Source: Albugo candida (Eukaryota). From it: a stretch of 64,000 nt of DNA. Below, piece by piece: positions 23,601 through 35,130 of this stretch. The stretch covers positions 434,001 to 498,000 of the forward strand of contig JBDOQK010000016.1 in NCBI GenBank assembly GCA_040437565.1, read 5' to 3'. The notes under the pieces were generated by a model, which saw nothing but the letters and a program-made list of their open reading frames with translations, was not told the DNA's origin and did no database searches. The first letter of the stretch is position 1, and each line of letters begins with the position of its first letter. Position numbers and translations under genes: made by a program.

Positions 23601-26600
23601 TCAATCCGATAATCATTCGATCATTCTAAGGATTCAAGATCCATCACAAACTTCGATCGAGGAAGCTATCAAGATGCGAATGCCTTTTGATGAAGCAATC
23701 AAACACGGGGCAGACATCGATAGTGCACGAGTTGGTTTGAATGGCTGGAGCGGAAGTACACATTCTACCGCCCAAGCTTTTGAATGCGCCGCTGCACCAG
23801 CGTCACTCTACTTCCTCGACATGAAGATCAACAATGCGAAATTTACTCTTTCCAAATCTTCCTTTGGTCGTCTGCTAGTTCTTTTCGAGGCTCTACTATC
23901 GATAAATCCTGTAGAAGTGGATGAGTGCATTGCAACAGTTTCACGTGAAAGCCGTCCTAATTACATGAGTATGAAGCTTACGCTCTCCAAAGGCAAACTG
24001 GAGCTGCAACATACAAGAGAATACGGTAGCGGCTGTGTGTTCTCGTTTGCTTTTGAAAACGTGAAGTTGTTTCAGGTCTCACAATGGCTGGGACAACTGG
24101 TGTCACTGGTTCACGTTTCCGTGCAAAATGTGACAATGGTAGACGAGACACTGGAATCACGAAAGCCAATTTTGTATCGCACACCTTTTGGTCCATCAGA
24201 TATACCAGTACTATTCATCGGGGCTGAAATCGCAGATATATCACAAAAAATGCGAGAGATTACAATTGGAATGCATGTTTCGCATGGTACGCTACGTTTC
24301 GAGCCAAGTTCTCAGTGGTTGTTTGAACTGCTGGATATACTGGTTTTTGAGTATCCAGCACCGATCATTCCATTCGATTCAGCGGATTTGAATGAAGCAG
24401 ATTACGAAACCATCGTCCAACAGATGCGATTTGATATTGAGGATGCTGTGAAGCTCGCAGTTCCGATGAAAACTGTCTTCACTAAAATCCCCATCAAATT
24501 ATGTGATGTTGTTGTGGATTACGCACCTGTGAATGTTGACTCTCACGCCATTTTAGTGATTGGAAGTGCTAGTATCTCTTCGAATATCGTCTCCACGGCA
24601 ACGTTACTCGGTTACAAGATCGTTGCCAAAGATGTGGAATTATTTTTGAGGAATAGCGGTACAAACTATGAGGACATTGACAAATGTATCGGACACACAC
24701 AGAGACTGCAAAACGGCGATATGAAAACGAAAAACAGTCACGCTTCACGTCATGAGTCGATCCGTGCAAGATCCATGCAGCAGAACTCCTTACACATGTA
24801 TTTAGACTCGACTGGATACCTCAAGATTGTTACTTTGGATTTCATAGAGATGTTTTTGAAAAGCTCCACAGTCAACTGCTCAAACGAGATGAAGCTAGGC
24901 TCGGTGGATTCTACTGGCTATGCTTTGACCTCGGAGTGCCCTCAACTTTCCGTTGAATTGAGCGTCGGTACGGCAAGTGTGTATGCCTGCTTTGATTCAT
25001 TCTGCACATTGACCGAATTAGTATCGGATCTGGCTGACGAATTGAACAGAGAAGATGAACCCCGTGATGTCACTGGATATGTCGGGCTTGATCGGGTACA
25101 AGATTTATCGAGGGATGTGACTACAACCGCTTCTCGTTCACACAGTGTACGACTGGCGACGAGTAAGGAAAAGGTGGAGCTCACAAACATCCCCGAAATC
25201 ATCTCTGGCGACACGACAAATGCCAATAGAGATATAGCGCTGGTTCAGGCTTCCTCGCATGCAGCACTGACGAGTACGTTTGGGTGGAAGGAGTTGGAAC
25301 ATTCACCAAACAACAACATTATACAGCCTCCTGTCAATCTTTTGAAAGATATTGAGTTGAATGCATTTGGAAGTGAAAGCACAACTCGTCAAGGAAAATT
25401 CTCTACGAATGACATGGAGACGCGACAATTTCAGACTCGATTGGATGAAATAGACAGGTGGAAACATCGCGTTATGGGAACACGACATAGCAGCCAAAAT
25501 TCCCGTGCAAGCGTACGCATCAGCGAACTGTTGATTGAAAATTATTACAAAGAAAGTCACGCAGAAGAGTCGATCCCAAAGCAGCGTGATGATCGAGAGG
25601 ATAGCCCATGGTTCAGCGATCAACTTCATGTGACAAATTCTAGTAGTTTAGGAATTCGATCTGACGAACACAATTTTGAGAAAAAAGTCGCAACCTTTTC
25701 GCCGCAGTTTTCTCTCGAAAAAGAAGATGAAAATGCGATATCAACAGCTCCGGAGGCGATAGAAAGTGAGGATCATCAGTATTCTTCGATCTTCAAAGTG
25801 GATGATAGCGCAAAGAAAGCAATGTGGGAGCCCAAATCCGCGGACGATGAACGAATGAGCGAGATGCATACGGAAGTGTCAACTACGTCCATTCCAACTC
25901 GTGTTGGAGATACACACCAAGCACATTCACGTTGTACTCTATCAATGTCTTTGTTTGGTTCGGATCAAGACGAAACTACCGAAGTAGAGCTCGAATTCCC
26001 TTACGGAAACGACCTTCAGAGAAGCTTGTGCCACCTACTCGACATGACCGATGATTCCACTATCAACAATGAATTACCAGAGAGCCACCTGGGAACTAAA
26101 TGCACGCAAAATTCCGAATCAATGATCCATCGCGACGATGCGTACATCCCGCAGCCTCAATCAGATGAAGAAATATCTGGCGATCGAACTCAGCATCTTC
26201 AACAGGAGCTCCCGTCCGTTTCTTCAGTTGCCAGCGAGTATACGGCTCGATGGTTTCATGACGACCAGAGTGATATGCTGGGTAAGCAGACTCCATTTCC
26301 ACACATCTATCAGCATCACGTGGAGATTCCGATTGGTGGTGCTGCCGCGTCTTTAACATTTGGAGAGAGAGAATACAAGGCAGCACTACAAGGAATTGCG
26401 AACGAGTGTCACGTTTTGAAGATCGAACCATCCGAAGTAAGCACACGCATGCACGTTCTTTTGAGAGATTTCAACTTACGTATCCGGCTCTTTGGAGGCT
26501 CGGACTGGCCTACCGATCCAATTGAGACAAGTGCAAGTGCTGGGCGAAAGAATGAGAATATTAAGAAGAACGACCAGCAAACAGTTACTTTCGAAACGCA

Positions 26601-28236
26601 GGAACATACAAGACAACGTCCCTCACGGCAAGAAAAACTTTTGGATGCTCTACTCGACGATTACGTTCCTAATTCTCATGATGATACACTTACGAGCTAC
26701 GGAAGTGCACCGACACGATGTGATATTTTTGGTGGTAATTCTGGCTCTTTGAGAGATGGAAAATTGGTGGATCCTTCCTCATTGCCATTCACCGCTACGA
26801 AATCAACAAAGACAGGACGAAAAACGGAAGAAATGCTGGAACTCTCTGTACATCGGATACAAATGCGCTTGGATGTGTTTAATGATAGCGATTCACAACC
26901 TCTCGCTTCAAATACGGTGGCAGCAGTAGAAGATTTAGAGATTTTGGATTACATCTCAACCTCACAAATACGTAAAATGGTATGCTATTGGAAGTCCGAC
27001 ACCATTCATCCTCGAGAAACCGGAAGCAGTATCATGAAGCTGAGATTGATGACGATACGACCAGGACCGAATTTGTGCGTCGAACACCGCCTCAAGATGC
27101 GTTTCTTACCTTTACGCATCAACTTGGATCAGGAAGTTGTGATATTTCTAAAACAATTTGCCTCTGTGGGATCGACACATCAAATGAATGCAAAGGCACC
27201 AGCGGCAGAAAAACATGTGGAAAATAGCGCAAAATCTGGAGATGCTGACAGTATTGAGATGGTGACTCCAAAAGCTTCTATAGATCTCAAAGAAACGGAT
27301 ATTCGACTAGGCAACTGGTTCTTCCAAAGCATTGATATCCGACCTTGCAAAATCAAGATCGATTATCGTCCCAACCACGTGGACTACCAGGCTTTGCGTG
27401 CCGGAGATTATCTCGAAGTGATCAATTTATTTGTACTGGAAGGTATGGAACTCGTCTTACGGCGAGTCATATTAAGCGGTATTGACGGATGGGCAGCTGT
27501 GGCGGAAAGCGTGCTCATGTCGTGGGTCACCGATATTTCTCGACATCAGATACACAAATGCCTCGCGTCAGTGACAATGCCGCCTCTACGATCATTTGCA
27601 AACGTTGGATCCGGAGCTGCTGATTTGATTTTATTACCGATAGAACATTATGGAAAGGATCGGCGACTCGTACGTGGGATAAGAAAAGGAGCAAAAAGCT
27701 TTTTGAAGAGCGTTACCGTCGAGACACTAAACACAGCTTCAAAAATGGCTCAAGGAACTCAATCACTACTGGAACAAGCGGATGATTTGATATCAATTGG
27801 AGCTTCTTCATCAATGCAAAAGAAGCAACTTCAGTATCGAGGATCTACAAGTCGAATCAAACGAAACTCAAAACGTCTCGGAGGTGGAGGTATCAGAAGC
27901 GCCCAAGTCAACGGTGGAGTGCTTGGAAGCCGTCAGTATTTGCAGTTACAACCCAGCAACGCCACAGAAGGTCTGGAACAAGCATACGATTCATTAGCCC
28001 GTGAGCTTCACATTGCTGCAAAGACCATCGTAGCGATTCCTCTCGTCGAATACAAAAAGACGGGATCCCACGGATACGTTCGATCTGTGATCCGAGCCGT
28101 GCCGGTCGCTCTACTTCGTCCGATGATAGGCGCCACTGAAGCCATGTCAAAGGCGCTGATTGGAGTGCGCAATGCAGTCGATCCAGAAATGAAGGAAGAT
28201 ATCGACAATAAATTCAAAGACTTTCGAAGTGTGTGA
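20633..28236 (+). CDS. ATG2: Autophagy-related protein 2 (~2376 aa after removing a 473-bp gap/overlap)
   Basis: Chorein-N (KRLYKFVLKRLIGRYL...LDLDQLDV), TASVYACFDSFCTL (CAD-like), FLPLRINLDQE, IKIDYRP, and C-terminal ATG_C (QPSNATEGLEQAY, RAVPVALLRPMIGATEAMSKALIGVRN). The frame is restored when the duplicated 22386-22758 is collapsed. Confidence 0.93.
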
Positions 28237-28367
28237 AGTTACCACATGCTCATACGTTTATAAATGTAAAAAGCACGTAAAGTTGTGTTGTGTCTAATTC
28301 AATGGAATGGATTTATACTATAGCATCAATGCCGAATACTCGTTTCACTGAGGTCGATGTAATGGTA

Positions 28368-28771
28368 TTATTCTTTGAACTCCATGAGAACTTTTGCTAC
28401 CAGGAGCGCCATATCATAAAATGAAGATACTGCAGCGCGAAGTAATCGAACTTCAGTGGTACGAAAATTACTACAAGTATGTAAATCAGAGTGAGAAATT
28501 GGGATGTTAATTGGAGATTGGATACATACGCAATCAGATCGTTTTCTATAACGCTTAGATGACGAATTATCTTATCGGGTTGTAGTTCTTTGTCCACTTG
28601 TAGACTTTGCATCGCATAGGAAGCATCGCGATGACTCTCAAAAGGGATTGTAATCACACTGCGGAGAATTGATTTCTCGATATTATGTCTTGTTGGTTAT
28701 GGTGGTAGCGTACAGTCACGTACCATGTAAAGGGATGAGAGGTGTTTCGATTTGAATTTGAAGAAATGTCC
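28368..28771 (-). CDS. PCC1: KEOPS/EKC subunit Pcc1, copy truncated by the gap (same locus as 29636-30041)
   Basis: Identical to the 29636-30039 copy at offset 1268. The start codon falls in the gap. Confidence 0.6.
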
Positions 28772-28871
28772 NNNNNNNNNNNNNNNNNNNNNNNNNNNNN
28801 NNNNNNNNNNNNNNNNNNNNNNNNNNNNNNNNNNNNNNNNNNNNNNNNNNNNNNNNNNNNNNNNNNNNNNN

Positions 28872-30039
28872 GTTGGATCCGGAGCTGCTGATTTGATTTT
28901 ATTACCGATAGAACATTATGGAAAGGATCGGCGACTCGTACGTGGGATAAGAAAAGGAGCAAAAAGCTTTTTGAAGAGCGTTACCGTCGAGACACTAAAC
29001 ACAGCTTCAAAAATGGCTCAAGGAACTCAATCACTACTGGAACAAGCGGATGATTTGATATCAATTGGAGCTTCTTCATCAATGCAAAAGAAGCAACTTC
29101 AGTATCGAGGATCTACAAGTCGAATCAAACGAAACTCAAAACGTCTCGGAGGTGGAGGTATCAGAAGCGCCCAAGTCAACGGTGGAGTGCTTGGAAGCCG
29201 TCAGTATTTGCAGTTACAACCCAGCAACGCCACAGAAGGTCTGGAACAAGCATACGATTCATTAGCCCGTGAGCTTCACATTGCTGCAAAGACCATCGTA
29301 GCGATTCCTCTCGTCGAATACAAAAAGACGGGATCCCACGGATACGTTCGATCTGTGATCCGAGCCGTGCCGGTCGCTCTACTTCGTCCGATGATAGGCG
29401 CCACTGAAGCCATGTCAAAGGCGCTGATTGGAGTGCGCAATGCAGTCGATCCAGAAATGAAGGAAGATATCGACAATAAATTCAAAGACTTTCGAAGTGT
29501 GTGAAGTTACCACATGCTCATACGTTTATAAATGTAAAAAGCACGTAAAGTTGTGTTGTGTCTAATTCAATGGAATGGATTTATACTATAGCATCAATGC
29601 CGAATACTCGTTTCACTGAGGTCGATGTAATGGTATTATTCTTTGAACTCCATGAGAACTTTTGCTACCAGGAGCGCCATATCATAAAATGAAGATACTG
29701 CAGCGCGAAGTAATCGAACTTCAGTGGTACGAAAATTACTACAAGTATGTAAATCAGAGTGAGAAATTGGGATGTTAATTGGAGATTGGATACATACGCA
29801 ATCAGATCGTTTTCTATAACGCTTAGATGACGAATTATCTTATCGGGTTGTAGTTCTTTGTCCACTTGTAGACTTTGCATCGCATAGGAAGCATCGCGAT
29901 GACTCTCAAAAGGGATTGTAATCACACTGCGGAGAATTGATTTCTCGATATTATGTCTTGTTGGTTATGGTGGTAGCGTACAGTCACGTACCATGTAAAG
30001 GGATGAGAGGTGTTTCGATTTGAATTTGAAGAAATGTCC
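28872..30039. repeat. Identical copy of 27604-28771 across a gap (probable assembly overlap; ATG2 3' end plus Pcc1)
   Basis: Offset 1268; both copies abut the 100-N gap. Confidence 0.9.
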
Positions 30040-30041
30040 AT
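29636..30041 (-). CDS. PCC1: KEOPS/EKC complex subunit Pcc1/LAGE3 (3 exons)
   Basis: Spliced product MDISSNSNRNTSHPFTCVITIPFESHRDASYAMQSLQVDKELQPDKIIRHLSVIENDLIANFRTTEVRLLRAAVSSFYDMALLVAKVLMEFKE has the typical Pcc1 pattern. Confidence 0.88.
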
Positions 30042-30374
30042 TATGTAACTCGGACGGATAGCTGATGAATTAGCCCATTAAATGTATATGATTATAAATG
30101 TAATATTCATGTAGTAGCCCAGCAACTTGTTAATTGATGTCTGCATACAATTAATATGAAGGGCTAGTTGAGTAGCGTGACATAGGACAGCTATCTTACG
30201 TGTGCCGTCTACATGCTGCGAGTATTCTGATCGTATCAGCGAAAGTGATCGTTTGACTTTTCAATCATAAGATGTTTCAGTCTGAATTCGGTCCAAGTGA
30301 CTATACATATACATCAGTATAGTGTCTATCTGATAATCAGACTCGAACTATGGCAGTAAATTGATGCGTTTGTA

Positions 30375-31642
30375 CACTACCCTTCAGAAAAGATTGTCCG
30401 CCCACCCAATGTTTACCACCTTATGGAACGAAGACTTTGGCTTCCAAAGCATGGTACACACACCTGATGAGCCATCTGCCCATGAAAACTGGTACAGAAC
30501 TTCGACAGTATTCAGAGCTGCAATCCTTCAGTTACCAGCGAGGAGAACCTCCTTTTGTTTCAATTACAGCTTTGATCCTCTCTGGCATGGAGTTAACAAG
30601 ATGCTGTAGCCACTCTGGATCAATAGCAGACCATGCCTATTCAAGATGGAGCCATAATTCATCGCTGTTTTTGGCTTTGGGGAGCTTTAGGATGGCTGCT
30701 TTCGTCTTTGCCCATACATTCTCAATGGGATTGAGATCAGGAGAGTTTGCAGGCCATTCCAGCTTGCCAATGCTGTGTTCTTCACGCCATTTTTCGGGCG
30801 CTTTTGCGCGCTGGGTAGGCGCACCATCTTCCATGAGTATGGCGCTTCCAGCATTGACAAGGCCTTCCCAGAAGCCAGCCAAGTCAGCACCGTACAATTG
30901 TGCGACAAAGTCAGCTGCTGTGCGACGATTTGGTGCCATACGCACGAGCTGGCTTTCCTTGCTATCCTAAAAGGCACCCCCAGATCATCACTGAAGAAGG
31001 CCCGAACTTGAAGAAGGTACCAGATAGTCTGATTGGTACCTATCATTGTTAGATCTCCAGACAAAATGTCGGTGAAAAATTTTCCCAATTTAAAAGCTGG
31101 CCACATTAGTCCAGCAGAGTGATTTCCAGAACTCCATGATGGCATTCTGGTATCTTTTTGCAAGGTCCAGCCTCTTAGCAGTGTGTGGCTTGTTTATAGA
31201 GGGCATCTAACCTCCTCTCGAGCAAAGAGACCAGCGGCATGTAAAGTCTCTCTCACTGCAGTCTGACTTGCTTTAGTTGGCATGTTGGAGGTAATTTCGG
31301 CCAGAGTTGAACGTCTTGCACCCTTGGTGCTGCGGACTAGAGCTTTTGTGAAAGTTTTTGGCCTTCCAGGGCTTGTCTTTGGCATAACTGTGTTTTCTTT
31401 ATTCCACCTCTCCATGATGCGTCGCACCTGTCACTCATTTGTGTTGAACTTGCACGCAATTTCTGCAACTTTGGTACCAGCCTGCCTCATTTTAACAATG
31501 CGCAATCGTTCCTCGGCTGTCAAAGTATGGTTTTATGCAGTTTTAGCCATATTTTGTAACTTGGGGGTGCGGAAGTGATTTGTTCAAAGGCAAGTTGCGG
31601 TCGTGAGAAGAGATTGCGGACAATCTTTTCCGAAGGGTACTG
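30375..31642 (-). mobile_element. Tc1/mariner (DD34E) transposon, full length but decayed
   Basis: 27-bp TIRs CA[C/G]TACCCTTC[A/G]GAAAAGATTGTCCGC at 30375-30401 and 31616-31642, flanked by TA on both sides. Confidence 0.93.
30637..31550 (-). pseudogene. Tc1 transposase pseudogene
   Basis: HTH region with GRPK. Catalytic segment MEDGAP...WPANSPDLNPIENVW has 34 residues between D and E. Multiple stops and frameshifts. Confidence 0.9.
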
Positions 31643-31914
31643 TACAGTTATACAAATAAATGACACTTTACGATGCGCTTTGCACTTTGCACTTGCGGTA
31701 CTTTCGGTAATACTTGTCATAATTTATTTTCTTACGTCATTGTCATTTCATACATATCCTATCGACTATGCGTGTGCATCTACCACAACGCGTATCCTTA
31801 TACAATGAATACCAGCAAGCAACTGCAATGAGACTTTGACACTCAAATTTCCGCATAATTAGATAAAGAATTCTGGTATTCCATGCAACTTAAAAGCTAA
31901 AATCAGCATCTGAC

Positions 31915-33657
31915 TCACTGTTTCCACGCTGGTAACGTCATTTGGGCGCCACGACCTCGTCCAATACTAGGCGCATTACATGTATCGTCTTCGCACATCA
32001 TTTGATCACTTGAATGCTCATTCTGATCATCCTTTCGGGGAGAGTGCATACCGTAATTCTCACCATAATAAGTATTCACTAAAGCCGCCGCCCATTCTGA
32101 AAGATGAGCTTCGTCCTGATGAAACTGAACATTCTCCAACGCCTCAATTCCATCCAATGACTCCACAAGTAGTACTCCGTTTGACGCAAAGCGAAGAACA
32201 AACTCGATCAATCGCAAAGAGTTGCCCACCACTCCGGTATCATCCATTTTCAAAAGCTCTAAGAAGTGCTTCAGAACATCATCGCTACATGCCAACACGA
32301 GACCAAGGTGCTCTGGACTTGTTAAGGCGATATTGGTCAAGGCGAAAGAAACTTCCCGACGAAGTTCTGAATTTCCATTTCTGAATTGCTGAACGAGTAC
32401 GGGAATGAATGCGTGCTCTACCAGCTTTTGTACCATTTCCGGGTCGAGCGTCGCGAGATTAGATACCACCCATGCGCTTTCAGCTGCTAACGAAATGTGC
32501 TTGACTTCATTTTCCGGTTGCAGAAACTCCAACAATTTTGTCAGTAAAATGGACTTGGACTGTAAAACAAGATGATGCACGAACCGCACTATTTCGTGAT
32601 TGATATGCTGGTCCATTGCCCCACAACAGATATTCCCGATAATGCGCAGAATCGGAGTCAAAACCAGCTCATTCGGTGTTGCGAATCGCGGTAAAAGTAG
32701 CTCCACTATAGGCTGCTTGATAAATTCTGCAAGAAATATATCTTCTCTCGCTGTCAGAAAACTCAATAGCCATAAAAACTCAATTAGAGTGTCATCGGTA
32801 AAGCTTGTGGGAACACGTGTCAAGCCTCTAGTGACAGTTTGTAGTACTCCAGCTTCCAGAAACGGAATAGATGATATCTTTGGTCCACGTGCAAGATTCG
32901 ACAATGCCCACGCACAGCTAGTTGGCAATTCTTTATCAGTTGAAATCGCCTCTGCCTGTACCAGTAGCGGTTTGATAGCGCCCTGAGCAATAAGAGTCTG
33001 CCTGAATTCTTCACAGTCAGCGGCGATATTGCCAATGACAAAAGCAGCGTGTTCTGCAACAATCGCATTTCCATTTTGTAGAAGCTCTAGAATTCGAGGA
33101 ATCGCGGGAAGCACTAATTTCGTCTCTTCATATTGTCCGCTGGCTATGTTTGCAAGACACCAAAGAATCTCTTTGTAAACCTCTTCTCCTCTTCGTGTGG
33201 CTGCAGCGAGCGGTGACGCACTTTCCAATATTTTAACTAGCACGGGAACAATCTTCAAGCAAAAGGTCAGGTGATTGAATGAGCATTAGATGAGCCTTCT
33301 ATTCGGGTTACGTACGCCAGATTCACAAATTCGGTCGACTTGAGCGTAATTGTGTGATTGTTCGCATACAGACAAACGACAACGGAGCTCCTTTAGCGCC
33401 TCAAATTGTATCTGATGCTGCTTTGTGCAGTCTTTTGCAGTGCTTGCAGCAAGAATTTGCGTAATTTCAGTGATATCGCGGGTATTTATTAGTATGTTTG
33501 TGTCGTCATTTGGTACATTTATACGACGTCGTTTCTCTTGTATGGTGCGATTTCGTTTATCTTTTCGTATTTGAACTGTTTGACGATTTCGTCGCGCTTT
33601 GGTCGCGCGTGATTCATTGTTTGTGTCGTGTTTTCGAAGCGAGTTTCGTGGCGGCAT
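31915..33657 (-). CDS. Importin alpha (divergent; IBB domain plus ARM repeats)
   Basis: IBB-like RRNRQTVQIRKDKR...EKRRR. ARM motifs WCLANIASG, GNIAAD, AWALSNLARG, LRIIGNI, AWVVSNLA. Intron 33253-33315. Confidence 0.9.
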
Positions 33658-33830
33658 GACCGATGAACGCTCCGAATGAAGGATGTAACTACTAATAAAG
33701 TGCTTACGGTACCACCTGACCCATGACAAAGCACACGGACACAATAAGCGCTTTTATTTTTCAGCGGCAGACACTAATGGCAACCCTTAAAGGTCATATC
33801 GGTGTCAAATATCATATAACGAGAATACAT

Positions 33831-35026
33831 TCAGTATAAGCATTGAGAACGTGCACAAAGATCAAATGGCGGAATTGTCGCATGATGCACTCGATTCTCC
33901 AAATCTTGAAGTTCATGGCCCAACTTGAGAGAAAAAATAGCAGAAATGATCAACACTGTGGATAAAAAATGAAGTGCTTGATATCGCAGGAGTTCTTCAG
34001 CCTTCAGCTTTGGCGGACACTGGAAAAGCATCCTTATGTGGTGGTGATCCGCTACACTAAAAACGGACCAATCACAATCATTAGGAGCTCAAGTAGCGCC
34101 ACAATTGCATACCAAAGATGAGATGATACACAACATCCCACAAAGCCAAGTTTCAGGGCGGATCGTAAAAGACTCAGCATATTGGCCAAGAGGATGGATT
34201 CGTGGTACCATGAAGTTCGCATTATTTGGTAGGAAAGGTGGGCAGAAAACCGGCGGAATGTATGTGCATAATAGAGCAAGAGAAGCATGGCAAGAAGTTG
34301 AGGAATATAGCCCAAAAGATGCTGCATCGAGTATACGCTCGAGTCTTGCCGGATCGTTCTCTTAAGATGGATAAGATTCGGATGTACTCATAACGGACGA
34401 TGCGACTTACATGATGCACGGAAACCAAGAAGCAGTTCAAAAATGCCATCTACAAGTTCGAATATGACAAAGTGCAAATTGCGGTGAATGAAATGTCCTT
34501 ACAAACGCACACAGTCGCAGATACCACGGAAACAACGTGCGTGTCGGATTGCGTGGACATGAGTATAAGAGACGGAAGAAGAATACCACAGCGATGCTAT
34601 AAGNNNNNNNNNNNNNNNNNNNNNNNNNNNNNNNNNNNNNNNNNNNNNNNNNNNNNNNNNNNNNNNNNNNNNNNNNNNNNNNNNNNNNNNNNNNNNNNNN
34701 NNNAAAGATGCTGCATCGAGTATACGCTCGAGTCTTGCCGGATCGTTCTCTTAAGATGGATAAGATTCGGATGTACTCATAACGGACGATGCGACTTACA
34801 TGATGCACGGAAACCAAGAAGCAGTTCAAAAATGCCATCTACAAGTTCGAATATGACAAAGTGCAAATTGCGGTGAATGAAATGTCCTTACAAACGCACA
34901 CAGTCGCAGATACCACGGAAACAACGTGCGTGTCGGATTGCGTGGACATGAGTATAAGAGACGGAAGAAGAATACCACAGCGATGCTATAAGCCACAATG
35001 ACCACATTGTGAGTTGACAAATTCAT
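33831..35026 (-). CDS. Multi-exon, multi-pass membrane hypothetical protein (interrupted by gap/overlap 34315-34992)
   Basis: Several hydrophobic segments in successive frames, linked by GTATCT/GTAAGT donors. The exon structure is only partly resolved. Confidence 0.4.
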
Positions 35027-35130
35027 TTCCGTCTTCTTTCTTGGCGAGTATACGCCGTCGCGATAAGTATACACTACATCCGTACGTTAGTATACACATC
35101 AATATCTTAATCGAAATATCGAATGCAAAA

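Noticed and set aside
28752-29504. Second, short ATG2 gene
   Set aside because: Exact copy of the ATG2 3' end beside a gap.
34315-34992. Tandem exon duplication in the membrane protein gene
   Set aside because: Identical 289-bp overlap flanking a gap.
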